25,110 nucleotides of DNA from a virus (lineage: Duplodnaviria > Caudoviricetes), in IMG/VR virus record IMGVR_UViG_3300044788_000074, positions 1 through 25,110 of that record; one strand, written 5' to 3'. The notes beneath the pieces were generated by a model. The model had not been told where the DNA came from, searched no databases, and saw only the letters and a program-made list of their open reading frames with translations. A program made the translations under genes and the position numbers. Below, in pieces: positions 16,516 through 23,191 of this stretch; positions within the stretch are counted from its first letter, which is position 1; each line of letters begins with the position of its first letter.

Positions 16516-17666
16516 AGGTACTGCCCCGTTCCGTCTCCGATGCGGCCCTTGGCTTCCTTGAGCCGTCGGCCTGCGGTGGCCGGGCTCACGCCGAGGGCTT
16601 GAGCCGCGATGGTCTTGGTGAGGTGCTCGCCCTGCCTGAGCCGGATGGCGAGGGCGGTGATCTGCTGCTCGATTTCGTCAGCCTCCGGCTCGTCCGGCTC
16701 ACGGTCGGGCTCAAGGCTCGACGCGGTACGGCTCACGGTGAGCGGCTCAGCCGGGCTCAAGACGGGCTCACGTGAGATCACCTGGTCAGATAGGGCGGGC
16801 AGTGCGGGCCGGGGCGGCAGGACAGGCATGGCCAGCTCGGTGCGCGGCTCAGCCGCGGTGACCCTGAGAGCCGTGTTCACGGTCGTCTCGAAGTCCACAG
16901 GCTCGGGCTCACCGGGCTCGGGCTCGCGGCTCACGGAGGGCTGAGCCGGGGGCAGCTCAGGCACGGCGGGGCGGTGCTCGATGTCGAGGACGCCTGAGAC
17001 GGGGGCCAGGGCTCGCCCGTGGCGGGTGAGCCGCAGCGCGAGGACGGCCGACACGGGCGCCTTGCTCCGCCAGCGGCGTCCGTACCGGGCGCGGAGGCGG
17101 GCCCGCTCGACGAGCCGGGACTGCTCCAGCGCGATCACCTGATCGTAGGAGCGCAGCTCCCACAGCCTCATGCGCCGCCACAGGCGGAACGTAGAGACCG
17201 GGTCGAGGAACCACCGCACCACGCGGACGGAGTCCATGTGGCGGCCGGCCGTGATGTCCGCGATGCGGCCGATCGCGTGCCTCGCCGCCTCGATGACGAC
17301 GACGAACAGGACCGGGATCACGGCGTGCATGCCGGTGCCGATGGGGTCAGGCCATGCTGCGGCGGCGTTGAACGCGATCGTGGCGGCGGTGAGGAGCCAT
17401 GCGACCTGACGCAGCAGGGCGAGTGGCATGCGCAGCCACGTGAGGAGCAGGTCGAGGGCGAGCAGTACGAGGATGCCAGCGTCGATGCCGATCGGGAAGA
17501 TCATGGCGAACGCGCCGAACTGCTTCGCTTCTGCGAGGCGGCGTACGGCGGCGTACGAGCCGACGAACCCGATCGCTGCGATCGCGGCGCACCCGGCCGC
17601 GACGCCGATGACGAGTCGGCTTTGCAGGGTGGTGAGTTCGGGGCGGTCGCCGTTGGGCGTCTTCAC
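16512..17666 (-). CDS. DUF2637-like (Spd spread-type) membrane protein with a C-terminal HTH (384 aa)
   Basis: GFVGSYAAVRRLA, FPIGIDAGI, TIAFNAAAAW and MHAVIPVLF TM block; C-terminal HTH LTKTIAAQALGVSPATAGRRL; RBS GGAGGAG. Confidence 0.85.
   Translation of the reverse strand: MKTPNGDRPELTTLQSRLVIGVAAGCAAIAAIGFVGSYAAVRRLAEAKQFGAFAMIFPIGIDAGILVLLALDLLLTWLRMPLALLRQVAWLLTAATIAFNAAAAWPDPIGTGMHAVIPVLFVVVIEAARHAIGRIADITAGRHMDSVRVVRWFLDPVSTFRLWRRMRLWELRSYDQVIALEQSRLVERARLRARYGRRWRSKAPVSAVLALRLTRHGRALAPVSGVLDIEHRPAVPELPPAQPSVSREPEPGEPEPVDFETTVNTALRVTAAEPRTELAMPVLPPRPALPALSDQVISREPVLSPAEPLTVSRTASSLEPDREPDEPEADEIEQQITALAIRLRQGEHLTKTIAAQALGVSPATAGRRLKEAKGRIGDGTGQYL
16559..17032. repeat. Dense array of GGCTCA/TGAGCC hexamers inside the DUF2637 gene
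   Basis: 15 copies counted. GGCTCA at 16583, 16696, 16708, 16730, 16744, 16754, 16765, 16846, 16906, 16928; TGAGCC at 16559, 16600, 16637, 16942, 17027. Confidence 0.8.
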
Positions 17667-17706
17667 GGTGCTGCTCCTCCGGGTGCGGCTGGTCGGGTGG
17701 GGCGGG

Positions 17707-17841
17707 TTAGCGGCTGCGCCACGCGTAGGCGGCGAGTGCGGCGCAGACGAGGAATGGGCCGGGCTGTGCGGTGAGGAGCGCGACCGCGGCGCAGACGGTG
17801 AAGCCGTAGCGGGCGAGCGGCCGGCGGAAGAGGCGCTTCAT
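17707..17841 (-). CDS. Hydrophobic microprotein (44 aa), absent from the ORF track
   Basis: MKRLFRRPLARYGFTVCAAVALLTAQPGPFLVCAALAAYAWRSR; RBS GGAG; GC3 bias. Confidence 0.7.
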   Translation of the reverse strand: MKRLFRRPLARYGFTVCAAVALLTAQPGPFLVCAALAAYAWRSR

Positions 17842-17859
17842 TGGGTTCTCCGGTGGGAG

Positions 17860-17907
17860 GCCGGCCCCCTCGCGGCCGTGGGGGAACGGAGGCGCGAGGG
17901 GGCCGGC
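17860..17907 (-). other. Intra-operon stem-loop (attenuator or mRNA stabiliser)
   Basis: Perfect 15-bp inverted repeat GCCGGCCCCCTCGCG / CGCGAGGGGGCCGGC. Confidence 0.6.
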
Positions 17908-17921
17908 GGCTTGTGGGTGGG

Positions 17922-18107
17922 TCAGCCGTAGCGGCGGCGTTCCTTGTCGGCCCAGGCGTTGCCCTTGCGGTCGGCCTTGGTGGCGGCCTTGCTGCGGCGG
18001 GCGCGGTCTTTGCGGGCGGCGCTGTCGGTCGCGGACTCGCGGTCGGCGTAGCGGGTGGCGGCGAGTTGGTGGTCGTTGCCGGGTCGGAGCCAGGAGAAGG
18101 CGCCCAT
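17922..18107 (-). CDS. Small basic protein (61 aa)
   Basis: TGATG overlap with the upstream micro-ORF; GC3 bias. Confidence 0.75.
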   Translation of the reverse strand: MGAFSWLRPGNDHQLAATRYADRESATDSAARKDRARRSKAATKADRKGNAWADKERRRYG

Positions 18108-18196
18108 CAGCGGCTACCGCCTTGGAACCAGGCGCCGCATTTCCCGCAGACGAGTTGCTGGCCTTGGGGTTGCATGGGCTGTCCGCAGCAGGTCAC
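18107..18196 (-). CDS. Zinc-ribbon microprotein (29 aa), absent from the ORF track
   Basis: MTCCGQPMQPQGQQLVCGKCGAWFQGGSR; coupled at both ends (GTGA, TGATG). Confidence 0.7.
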   Translation of the reverse strand: MTCCGQPMQPQGQQLVCGKCGAWFQGGSR

Positions 18197-18339
18197 TGGG
18201 TGCCCCTTCCGCCACAGGTGGTGCAGGTGCGGAAGACGGTGGTGTGGCCGCCGTCGGGTTGGGGTGTGGTTTCGGGGTAGCCGCCCTGTCCGCCGCAGCT
18301 GGTGCAGGTGGTGCCTTCGTAGGCCGTGTGGGCGTTCAC
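18193..18339 (-). CDS. DnaJ-type CxxCxGxG zinc-finger microprotein (48 aa), absent from the ORF track
   Basis: MNAHTAYEGTTCTSCGGQGG...CTTCGGRGTQ; RBS GAAGGA; GTGA overlaps at both ends. Confidence 0.75.
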   Translation of the reverse strand: MNAHTAYEGTTCTSCGGQGGYPETTPQPDGGHTTVFRTCTTCGGRGTQ

Positions 18340-18476
18340 TGGGTGGTCCTTCCGGTGCCGCCGCACGCGTTGCAGGTGTGGGCTTGGGAGACGAGGACGC
18401 CGTCGTGGGCGTCGATGGTGGTGATGGATCCGGCGCCGTTACAGGCGGTGCAGGGGATGGGCAGGGGCTCGCTCAC
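18336..18476 (-). CDS. DnaJ-type CxxCxGxG zinc-finger microprotein (46 aa, start revised to GTG 18476)
   Basis: MSEPLPIPCTACNGAG...CNACGGTGRTTQ; GTGA overlaps. Confidence 0.75.
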   Translation of the reverse strand: MSEPLPIPCTACNGAGSITTIDAHDGVLVSQAHTCNACGGTGRTTQ

Positions 18477-18769
18477 CGGGTCGCCCCGATCAGGTCGAGG
18501 CGGCCGGCGTCGGCGAGCTGGCAGGCGCACATGGTCATCTCGTCCTGCGCGGTGAGGCAGGAGTCGAAGTCGTCGAAGGCGGCGGAGCGGCGGCAGTTCA
18601 ACGCTGCGATCAGGTAGCGGCCGGCCGTCTCGTACACGGTGATGTCGCTGGCGGGCGGCAGGAAGGCGCGTGCCAGGCGGTCGAGGGCGTCGAGTCCGGC
18701 CAGGGGCAGCGGCTCGGTGCGCGCGCCGGGGCTGTGCTGCGGCGCGGGTTGATCGGTAGCGTGTCCCAT
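18473..18769 (-). CDS. Hypothetical protein, first gene of the Spd-like operon (98 aa, start revised to ATG 18769)
   Basis: RBS AAAGGCAGG; GC3 bias; overlaps the next gene. Confidence 0.7.
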   Translation of the reverse strand: MGHATDQPAPQHSPGARTEPLPLAGLDALDRLARAFLPPASDITVYETAGRYLIAALNCRRSAAFDDFDSCLTAQDEMTMCACQLADAGRLDLIGATR

Positions 18770-18804
18770 CAGGGCCTGCCTTTTCGTGGATGTTGAGGTG
18801 GGTC

Positions 18805-18846
18805 CGGCCCCCACTCCGATTGCTGCCAGGCGCGGAGCGGGGGCCG
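18805..18846 (-). promoter_or_regulatory. 5' leader hairpin of the Spd-like operon
   Basis: CGGCCCCCGCTCCG / CGGAGTGGGGGCCG; the single mismatch is a G-U pair only on the minus (transcribed) strand. Confidence 0.6.
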
Positions 18847-18870
18847 TTCTGTTCAGCGACTCCGTGTCGC

Positions 18871-18908
18871 TTGCCTTCGACTGTAGGGGACCCCTACGAT
18901 GAATGCAA
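18871..18908. promoter_or_regulatory. Overlapping divergent promoters with a central palindromic operator
   Basis: Plus strand TTGCCT (18871)-N18-TACGAT (18895); minus strand TTGCAT (18908)-N17-TACAGT (18885); palindrome GTAGGGG-A-CCCCTAC at 18883-18897. Confidence 0.75.
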
Positions 18909-18934
18909 GCGGCCCCCCGAAGGAAAGGGCCGGG

Positions 18935-19255
18935 ATGAGTGACGAGGAGGTGCGCCGCGTGACGGACGCCTTGAAGGCGGTCGAGGACATCGTCGACCGA
19001 GAACAGCGGGTCAAGGCGAAGAGCCAGATCATGGCCGAGCAGGTCGAGCGCAACAAGAAGTGGGCGGCCGAGCGGAGCACGCTGATCCGGGAGCTATGGA
19101 ACGACGGTGACGGGCTGTCCTACAGGCAGATCGCGGATCGGCTCGGCATCAAGCTGAGCACGGTGCAGGACGTGTTCCGCCCCTACAAGGGCTCCGGATC
19201 GCACCGACCTCCGTCAGACAACCCCCGGCCCAAGAAGAAGTCCACCGAGGAATGA
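18935..19255 (+). CDS. HTH transcriptional regulator (106 aa, start revised to ATG 18935)
   Basis: GLSYRQIADRLGIKLSTVQDVF HTH; RBS AAGGAAAGG; divergent from the Spd-like operon. Confidence 0.85.
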   Translation: MSDEEVRRVTDALKAVEDIVDREQRVKAKSQIMAEQVERNKKWAAERSTLIRELWNDGDGLSYRQIADRLGIKLSTVQDVFRPYKGSGSHRPPSDNPRPKKKSTEE

Positions 19256-19288
19256 AAGAAGCCCGAGCGCTGTAGGGGCGCCCGGGCT
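19251..19288 (-). terminator. Hairpin with a minus-strand U-tract after the HTH gene
   Basis: Minus strand AGCCCGGGCGC-CCCTACA-GCGCTCGGGCT followed by TCTTTCATT. Confidence 0.5.
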
Positions 19289-19315
19289 GAGAGCACCAAT
19301 TGGAGCCAGTGCACT

Positions 19316-20158
19316 GTGACTGTACCGAACGAGACCGACACTGCGAGCCGTCCGGCTGCCGTGTACCGCCTGTATGACGTGGCGGGGACGCTGCTCTATA
19401 TCGGCTCGGCGTACGACCCGGCGAAGCGATCCCGGGCGCACCACCGCACACCGTGGTGGCCGCAGGTCACCCGCCGCGCCGACGAGTGGTTCGACAGCCG
19501 CTCACAGGCCTACGACGCCGAGACGAGCGCCATCTGGACCGAGCAACCGATGCATAACGAGGCCGGGACAATCGGCTACAGGAGGACCGGAGTCAGCAAC
19601 CCGCCACGGCAGCGCGCGTCGTATCTTGCCTGGACCGGGCTACGGGACGCCTGCGGCGTGCGAGAGGCCGAGCCTGCATACAAGGCCGCGCTAGAGCGCC
19701 CCGATGAGGTGGATGCGGTGTACCTACCCCGGGCCGAACGCATCGCCGCTGAACTGATCGAAGACATCCAGGGGCTCGGCTGGAACGCGCGGCGTCGGAC
19801 TCTGGAGACCGGGCGTCGTCTGATGGCTGGCCTTCTGGGCAGCGAGGGTGCAGACGACTTCGACGTGGCCACCGTGATGGGGGTGGCGGAGTCGAGGATC
19901 AGGCGACTCCCGTACCTGCTCGATGATGAGCGGTACGGAACCCGCCGCGCGCCTGATGGGACGATCACTTACGTTGCGTACGCCGTGCAGCGCAACCTTC
20001 GTCAGGTCTGCTGGAGCATCGAGGTCCCCTCGGGCGGCTGCGGCGGCCCGCTGGTGGACCGCCGGGAAGACGTCGCATCCGCCACCCGGCTCGCCGTCTC
20101 CAAGTCGCTGCGGATTCCGTACGAGTCGGTAGCTATTCGGGTCCGGTTCGACACGTAG
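19316..20158 (+). CDS. GIY-YIG nuclease-domain protein with an uncharacterised C-terminal half (280 aa)
   Basis: AVYRLYD..GTLLYIG, then conserved R, H, E (AETSAI) and N (PMHN). Confidence 0.82.
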   Translation: MTVPNETDTASRPAAVYRLYDVAGTLLYIGSAYDPAKRSRAHHRTPWWPQVTRRADEWFDSRSQAYDAETSAIWTEQPMHNEAGTIGYRRTGVSNPPRQRASYLAWTGLRDACGVREAEPAYKAALERPDEVDAVYLPRAERIAAELIEDIQGLGWNARRRTLETGRRLMAGLLGSEGADDFDVATVMGVAESRIRRLPYLLDDERYGTRRAPDGTITYVAYAVQRNLRQVCWSIEVPSGGCGGPLVDRREDVASATRLAVSKSLRIPYESVAIRVRFDT

Positions 20159-20240
20159 CCCACCCCCTGCGCCCCGTCTCCCCGCGAGCCGGGGCGCGTT
20201 GGTCCACGATGAGGCTGCGCAGGAGTAGCCCCGAACGCAG

Positions 20241-20277
20241 CGACACCCCCGACCGAGCGAGACGGTCGGGGGCGTCG
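20241..20277. terminator. Terminator hairpin in the convergent intergenic region
   Basis: CGAC-A-CCCCCGACCG / CGGTCGGGGG-C-GTCG. Confidence 0.6.
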
Positions 20278-20359
20278 TGTTGTAGCAGCGCGTCCCGGAG
20301 GCCAGCCAGACGAACCGGGGACGCGGGACGATCGTACGCCCGGGGTGTGACAACGCGCA

Positions 20360-20388
20360 GCGCCCGCCCCCGGGAAAGGGGCGGGCGC
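20360..20388. terminator. Second hairpin in the convergent intergenic region
   Basis: Perfect 11-bp stem GCGCCCGCCCC / GGGGCGGGCGC. Confidence 0.55.
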
Positions 20389-20492
20389 GAGGCCTGGTTA
20401 GCGATACCAGCACGGCGGCCGTACGGACGACACCCGCGGTGCCGCACCGCCGGAGTCCAGCATCCCACGACCGCCGGCCCCGTAGTGGCGGG

Positions 20493-20735
20493 TCACAGCA
20501 TTCGGCAGGCCCGCCACATCCACTCCGCCACCCGCGGGCAGCGGTGGTCGCACAGCCATGCGCCGGCGCGGTCGATACGGCGGTGGACGGCCAGCCGCAG
20601 GCGGATGCGGGCGGGAAGTGGCGTGAGGAGCGTGACCCGGTGCGCGTTGGCGGGGCGTTGCGGCCGGCGCCCGGGGTTGGTGCAGCAGTCCCCGTTGCAG
20701 CCGTCGTCGTCGCGGTCCCAGCCGACGGCGGTCAC
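20493..20735 (-). CDS. Hypothetical protein (80 aa, start revised to GTG 20735)
   Basis: GTGA overlap; RBS GGAGGAG. Confidence 0.65.
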   Translation of the reverse strand: MTAVGWDRDDDGCNGDCCTNPGRRPQRPANAHRVTLLTPLPARIRLRLAVHRRIDRAGAWLCDHRCPRVAEWMWRACRML

Positions 20736-21640
20736 GACAGCTCCTCCGGTCCGTGGCATCCGCAGGCGCAGAGCTGTCCCGTGAACCTGTTGTTGAGGCG
20801 GCATCGGGAGTGCAGGCGTTCGGCGTTTTCGCGGATTTCGTCGTACAGGGGATGGCGGCGGTAGGTGGCGGTGCAGGCGAGGGTATCCGCGGTTTGGCAG
20901 GCGGTGGAGGTGTAGTCGGGTAGGCGGTCGCGGATGAGGGCGAGCAGCGCCTCGGGGAGTTGCTCGGCGGTACTGCCGGGCGGGTTGGCTGGGGCGGTCT
21001 CGGTGGCCGCGTCTTCGGCTTCGGCGCGCAGCCACGGCCATTCGCGGTAGAGGACGGTGCGAGCAGTGTCGGCCATGGCTTCGAAGACTTCGCGGTCGCA
21101 GGGGTATGCCTCGGCCCAGCGCGGTTCTCGGGGTGGGCGTTCGCGTTCGTAGAGGGCGGCGGCGAGCTGGTCGCGGAGTCCGGTCCGGCGGGAGGGCCAG
21201 TCGTCGGGGTCGGGGCCGGCCGTGAGGTTGAGGCATCCGATGGGCGGGTCGGGTGCGATGTACCCGGTCAGGTCTGCGGGGTCGCTGTCGTCGGATGCGG
21301 GGATGGCGGGGCCGGATGGGGCGGGTTCGGTGACGGCGTTGTAGGTCTGGCATGGCCAGCTGCGTTGGCAGGCCGCGCACTCGGGGGCTTCACCGAATTC
21401 GGCTGCGGCTACGACGCCGACGGGCCGGTGGAGGTGGCGGACGCGTTCGATGGCGGCTTCGGCGCGTTCCAGGTCGGGCACGATCAGTTGGACGTGCCGC
21501 TTGTTTCCGGCGGCGACGTGTTCGAGGGTGACGACGCGCCGCTCGTAGTCGTCGAGTTCGGCAGTGAGCCGGTCGATCTCGGCGTACAGGCCGTCGAGTT
21601 GGGTGTCGTTGATCGTGGACGCGGTCAGGCGGTCGGTCAT
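20732..21640 (-). CDS. Mosaic phage hypothetical protein with coiled coil and Cys/His clusters (302 aa, start ATG 21640)
   Basis: RBS AGGAG; TASTINDTQLDGLY, ECAAC..SWPCQT and CACGCH modules. Confidence 0.75.
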   Translation of the reverse strand: MTDRLTASTINDTQLDGLYAEIDRLTAELDDYERRVVTLEHVAAGNKRHVQLIVPDLERAEAAIERVRHLHRPVGVVAAAEFGEAPECAACQRSWPCQTYNAVTEPAPSGPAIPASDDSDPADLTGYIAPDPPIGCLNLTAGPDPDDWPSRRTGLRDQLAAALYERERPPREPRWAEAYPCDREVFEAMADTARTVLYREWPWLRAEAEDAATETAPANPPGSTAEQLPEALLALIRDRLPDYTSTACQTADTLACTATYRRHPLYDEIRENAERLHSRCRLNNRFTGQLCACGCHGPEELS

Positions 21641-21717
21641 CGGGTGCTCCTGTCGGCGGCCCTGCACCAGGGCCCTTGGTCTTCGTCGTCGGGTTCGGGG
21701 TCGTGGCGGTCAGTCAT
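21637..21717 (-). CDS. 26-aa micro-ORF, absent from the ORF track
   Basis: MTDRHDPEPDDEDQGPWCRAADRSTR; ATGA overlaps at both ends; RBS GAGGA. Confidence 0.5.
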   Translation of the reverse strand: MTDRHDPEPDDEDQGPWCRAADRSTR

Positions 21718-21992
21718 GCGGCTTCCTCGGTGTCGGGTTGGGCCCATGTGGGGCGCGAATGGGCTACGCGGGCGCATGCGGGCTTCTGAGGCTCAGGGTG
21801 GTCGCGGAGGGCCCGGACCGCTCGGGAGGCGGCGAGCGCACCCGCTACGGCCTCCCGTGCGGTACTGCACGGCCACCACACGGCGACCGTGAGCGTGTAT
21901 CCGGCTGCGGTGACCGTCGCGGCGAGCAGCACGATCCACACGGCGAGAGCCCAGCCGAGGGCGGTGACCGCAGCTATCGCCTCGGCGATCAC
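21714..21992 (-). CDS. Small membrane protein (92 aa, start revised to GTG 21992)
   Basis: GTGA overlap; hydrophobic N-terminal half. Confidence 0.6.
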   Translation of the reverse strand: MIAEAIAAVTALGWALAVWIVLLAATVTAAGYTLTVAVWWPCSTAREAVAGALAASRAVRALRDHPEPQKPACARVAHSRPTWAQPDTEEAA

Positions 21993-22276
21993 TTCCCGTC
22001 TCGCTTGCGGACGTGCCGGATGCAGCCGCAGCGGCGGGGGCACGCCCACCGGACGTGCCGGTTGCGGTGCTTCCCCCACCGGTGCCGTCCTCGTCCGCAA
22101 GCGATCTCATGGATCACGGCGTCCGGGGTGCCCACCTCGGCGCGCGACCAACAGCACGTGGAGTTACGGGGGTCGGAGATGGAGGGGTGCGCGCGGTCGA
22201 CGTGCTCGTTGAACTGGCCGCTGGGGATGCGCGGCCGGTCGGGGCACCAGATGCAGATGTCGAAGGGCTCAGCCAC
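21989..22276 (-). CDS. Cys/His-rich hypothetical protein (95 aa, start revised to GTG 22276)
   Basis: RBS AAGGAGG; CIWC...EHVDRAH zinc-finger-like motif. Confidence 0.6.
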   Translation of the reverse strand: MAEPFDICIWCPDRPRIPSGQFNEHVDRAHPSISDPRNSTCCWSRAEVGTPDAVIHEIACGRGRHRWGKHRNRHVRWACPRRCGCIRHVRKRDGK

Positions 22277-23114
22277 GGTCGGCCTCCTTGGCGGGCTGCG
22301 CCGGGTCAGCCGGGGTGGCGCGCGGACTGGTCGCCGCTTGCTGCGGATCACAGATCGTGTGGCCGCCCGGGTCGTGAACCCACCACGTGGCGAGAGTGCC
22401 GGTGATGAGCCGGACGGGCTTGCCGCAGTTCGCGCACGGGGGCGTCTCGTCAGCGCAGCCGCACCGCACGCCGCCCAAGTGCACGCCCACCTCAGGCTCG
22501 ATGGTGCGCAGGTTCGGGCAGCGGTCGGGGAAGCCGGGGCAGATCTCCTCGGACAGGCGGAGAACATCCGTCTGCGTCTCGGCCCGTGGCGTCTCGGCGG
22601 CCATCCGGCGCAGCTCGGCGGCAACTTGATGGCCGAAGAACTGGAGCACCATCCGGCCGTCCTGTTCGAACCAGGCGGCGACCTCCTCCAGCACGGCAGC
22701 CCGGCCTGCCTCCAGTTCCCGTACCCGGGCCTCTGCCCGGTCGCCGCGCTCCTGCCACGCGAACCGCTCCGCAGCCATTTCCTGCCGCTGCTCCAGGAGT
22801 CGACGGCTGGCCTCGGTGAGTGACTTGACCTCGTCCTCCAGTTCGGCGGCCCGGCCGGGGCGAATGTCGGCGGTACGCGACAGGTGGTCGAGCAGCGCCT
22901 CGGCGACCAGTTCCCGGAGCGCGGCCCGGTCGGTGGCAGGCGCAGACGAGACAGCAGCCTCGGCGATCGTCACGCCACGGATGTCGTCCCGGTCATCGAG
23001 GCCGCCCTCAATCCACGGGATGACGTGCCGGACGAAGTCGTCGTGGTCGAAGTAGTAGTCGCCGTCGGGCTTCGTCTCGACGGTGACGGTGAAGACGGCA
23101 CGGTGCTGGGTCAC
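22269..23114 (-). CDS. Mosaic phage hypothetical protein (281 aa, start revised to GTG 23114)
   Basis: RBS AGGAG; coiled coil plus Cys modules. Confidence 0.72.
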   Translation of the reverse strand: MTQHRAVFTVTVETKPDGDYYFDHDDFVRHVIPWIEGGLDDRDDIRGVTIAEAAVSSAPATDRAALRELVAEALLDHLSRTADIRPGRAAELEDEVKSLTEASRRLLEQRQEMAAERFAWQERGDRAEARVRELEAGRAAVLEEVAAWFEQDGRMVLQFFGHQVAAELRRMAAETPRAETQTDVLRLSEEICPGFPDRCPNLRTIEPEVGVHLGGVRCGCADETPPCANCGKPVRLITGTLATWWVHDPGGHTICDPQQAATSPRATPADPAQPAKEADRG

Positions 23115-23150
23115 GGTGTGGCTCCTGGGTGGGTGATGGAATCGGGCTGG

Positions 23151-23183
23151 CCGGCCGCCGCTGGGTCGAACAGCGGCGGCCGG
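23151..23183 (-). terminator. Intergenic stem-loop
   Basis: Perfect 13-bp stem CCGGCCGCCGCTG / CAGCGGCGGCCGG. Confidence 0.6.
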
Positions 23184-23191
23184 TCTCGGGG

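Noticed and set aside
15355-16602. 415-aa plus-strand ORF (likewise 11371-12372, 21564-22823 and 23129-24004)
   Set aside because: Low-complexity antisense frames overlapping coherent minus-strand operons.
16559-17032. CRISPR or tandem-repeat interpretation of the hexamer array
   Set aside because: Repeats are only 6 bp, irregularly spaced, in both orientations and inside an ORF; no cas genes are present.
13648-18769. Calling this block a complete AICE or integrated plasmid
   Set aside because: No integrase, excisionase, Rep or FtsK-type TraB, and no flanking att-like direct repeats were seen. It is embedded among phage genes.
9767-21795. Shared 11-mer TTCTGAGGCTC at 9767 and 21785
   Set aside because: Only two copies, one inside a coding region with no shared context; compatible with chance.
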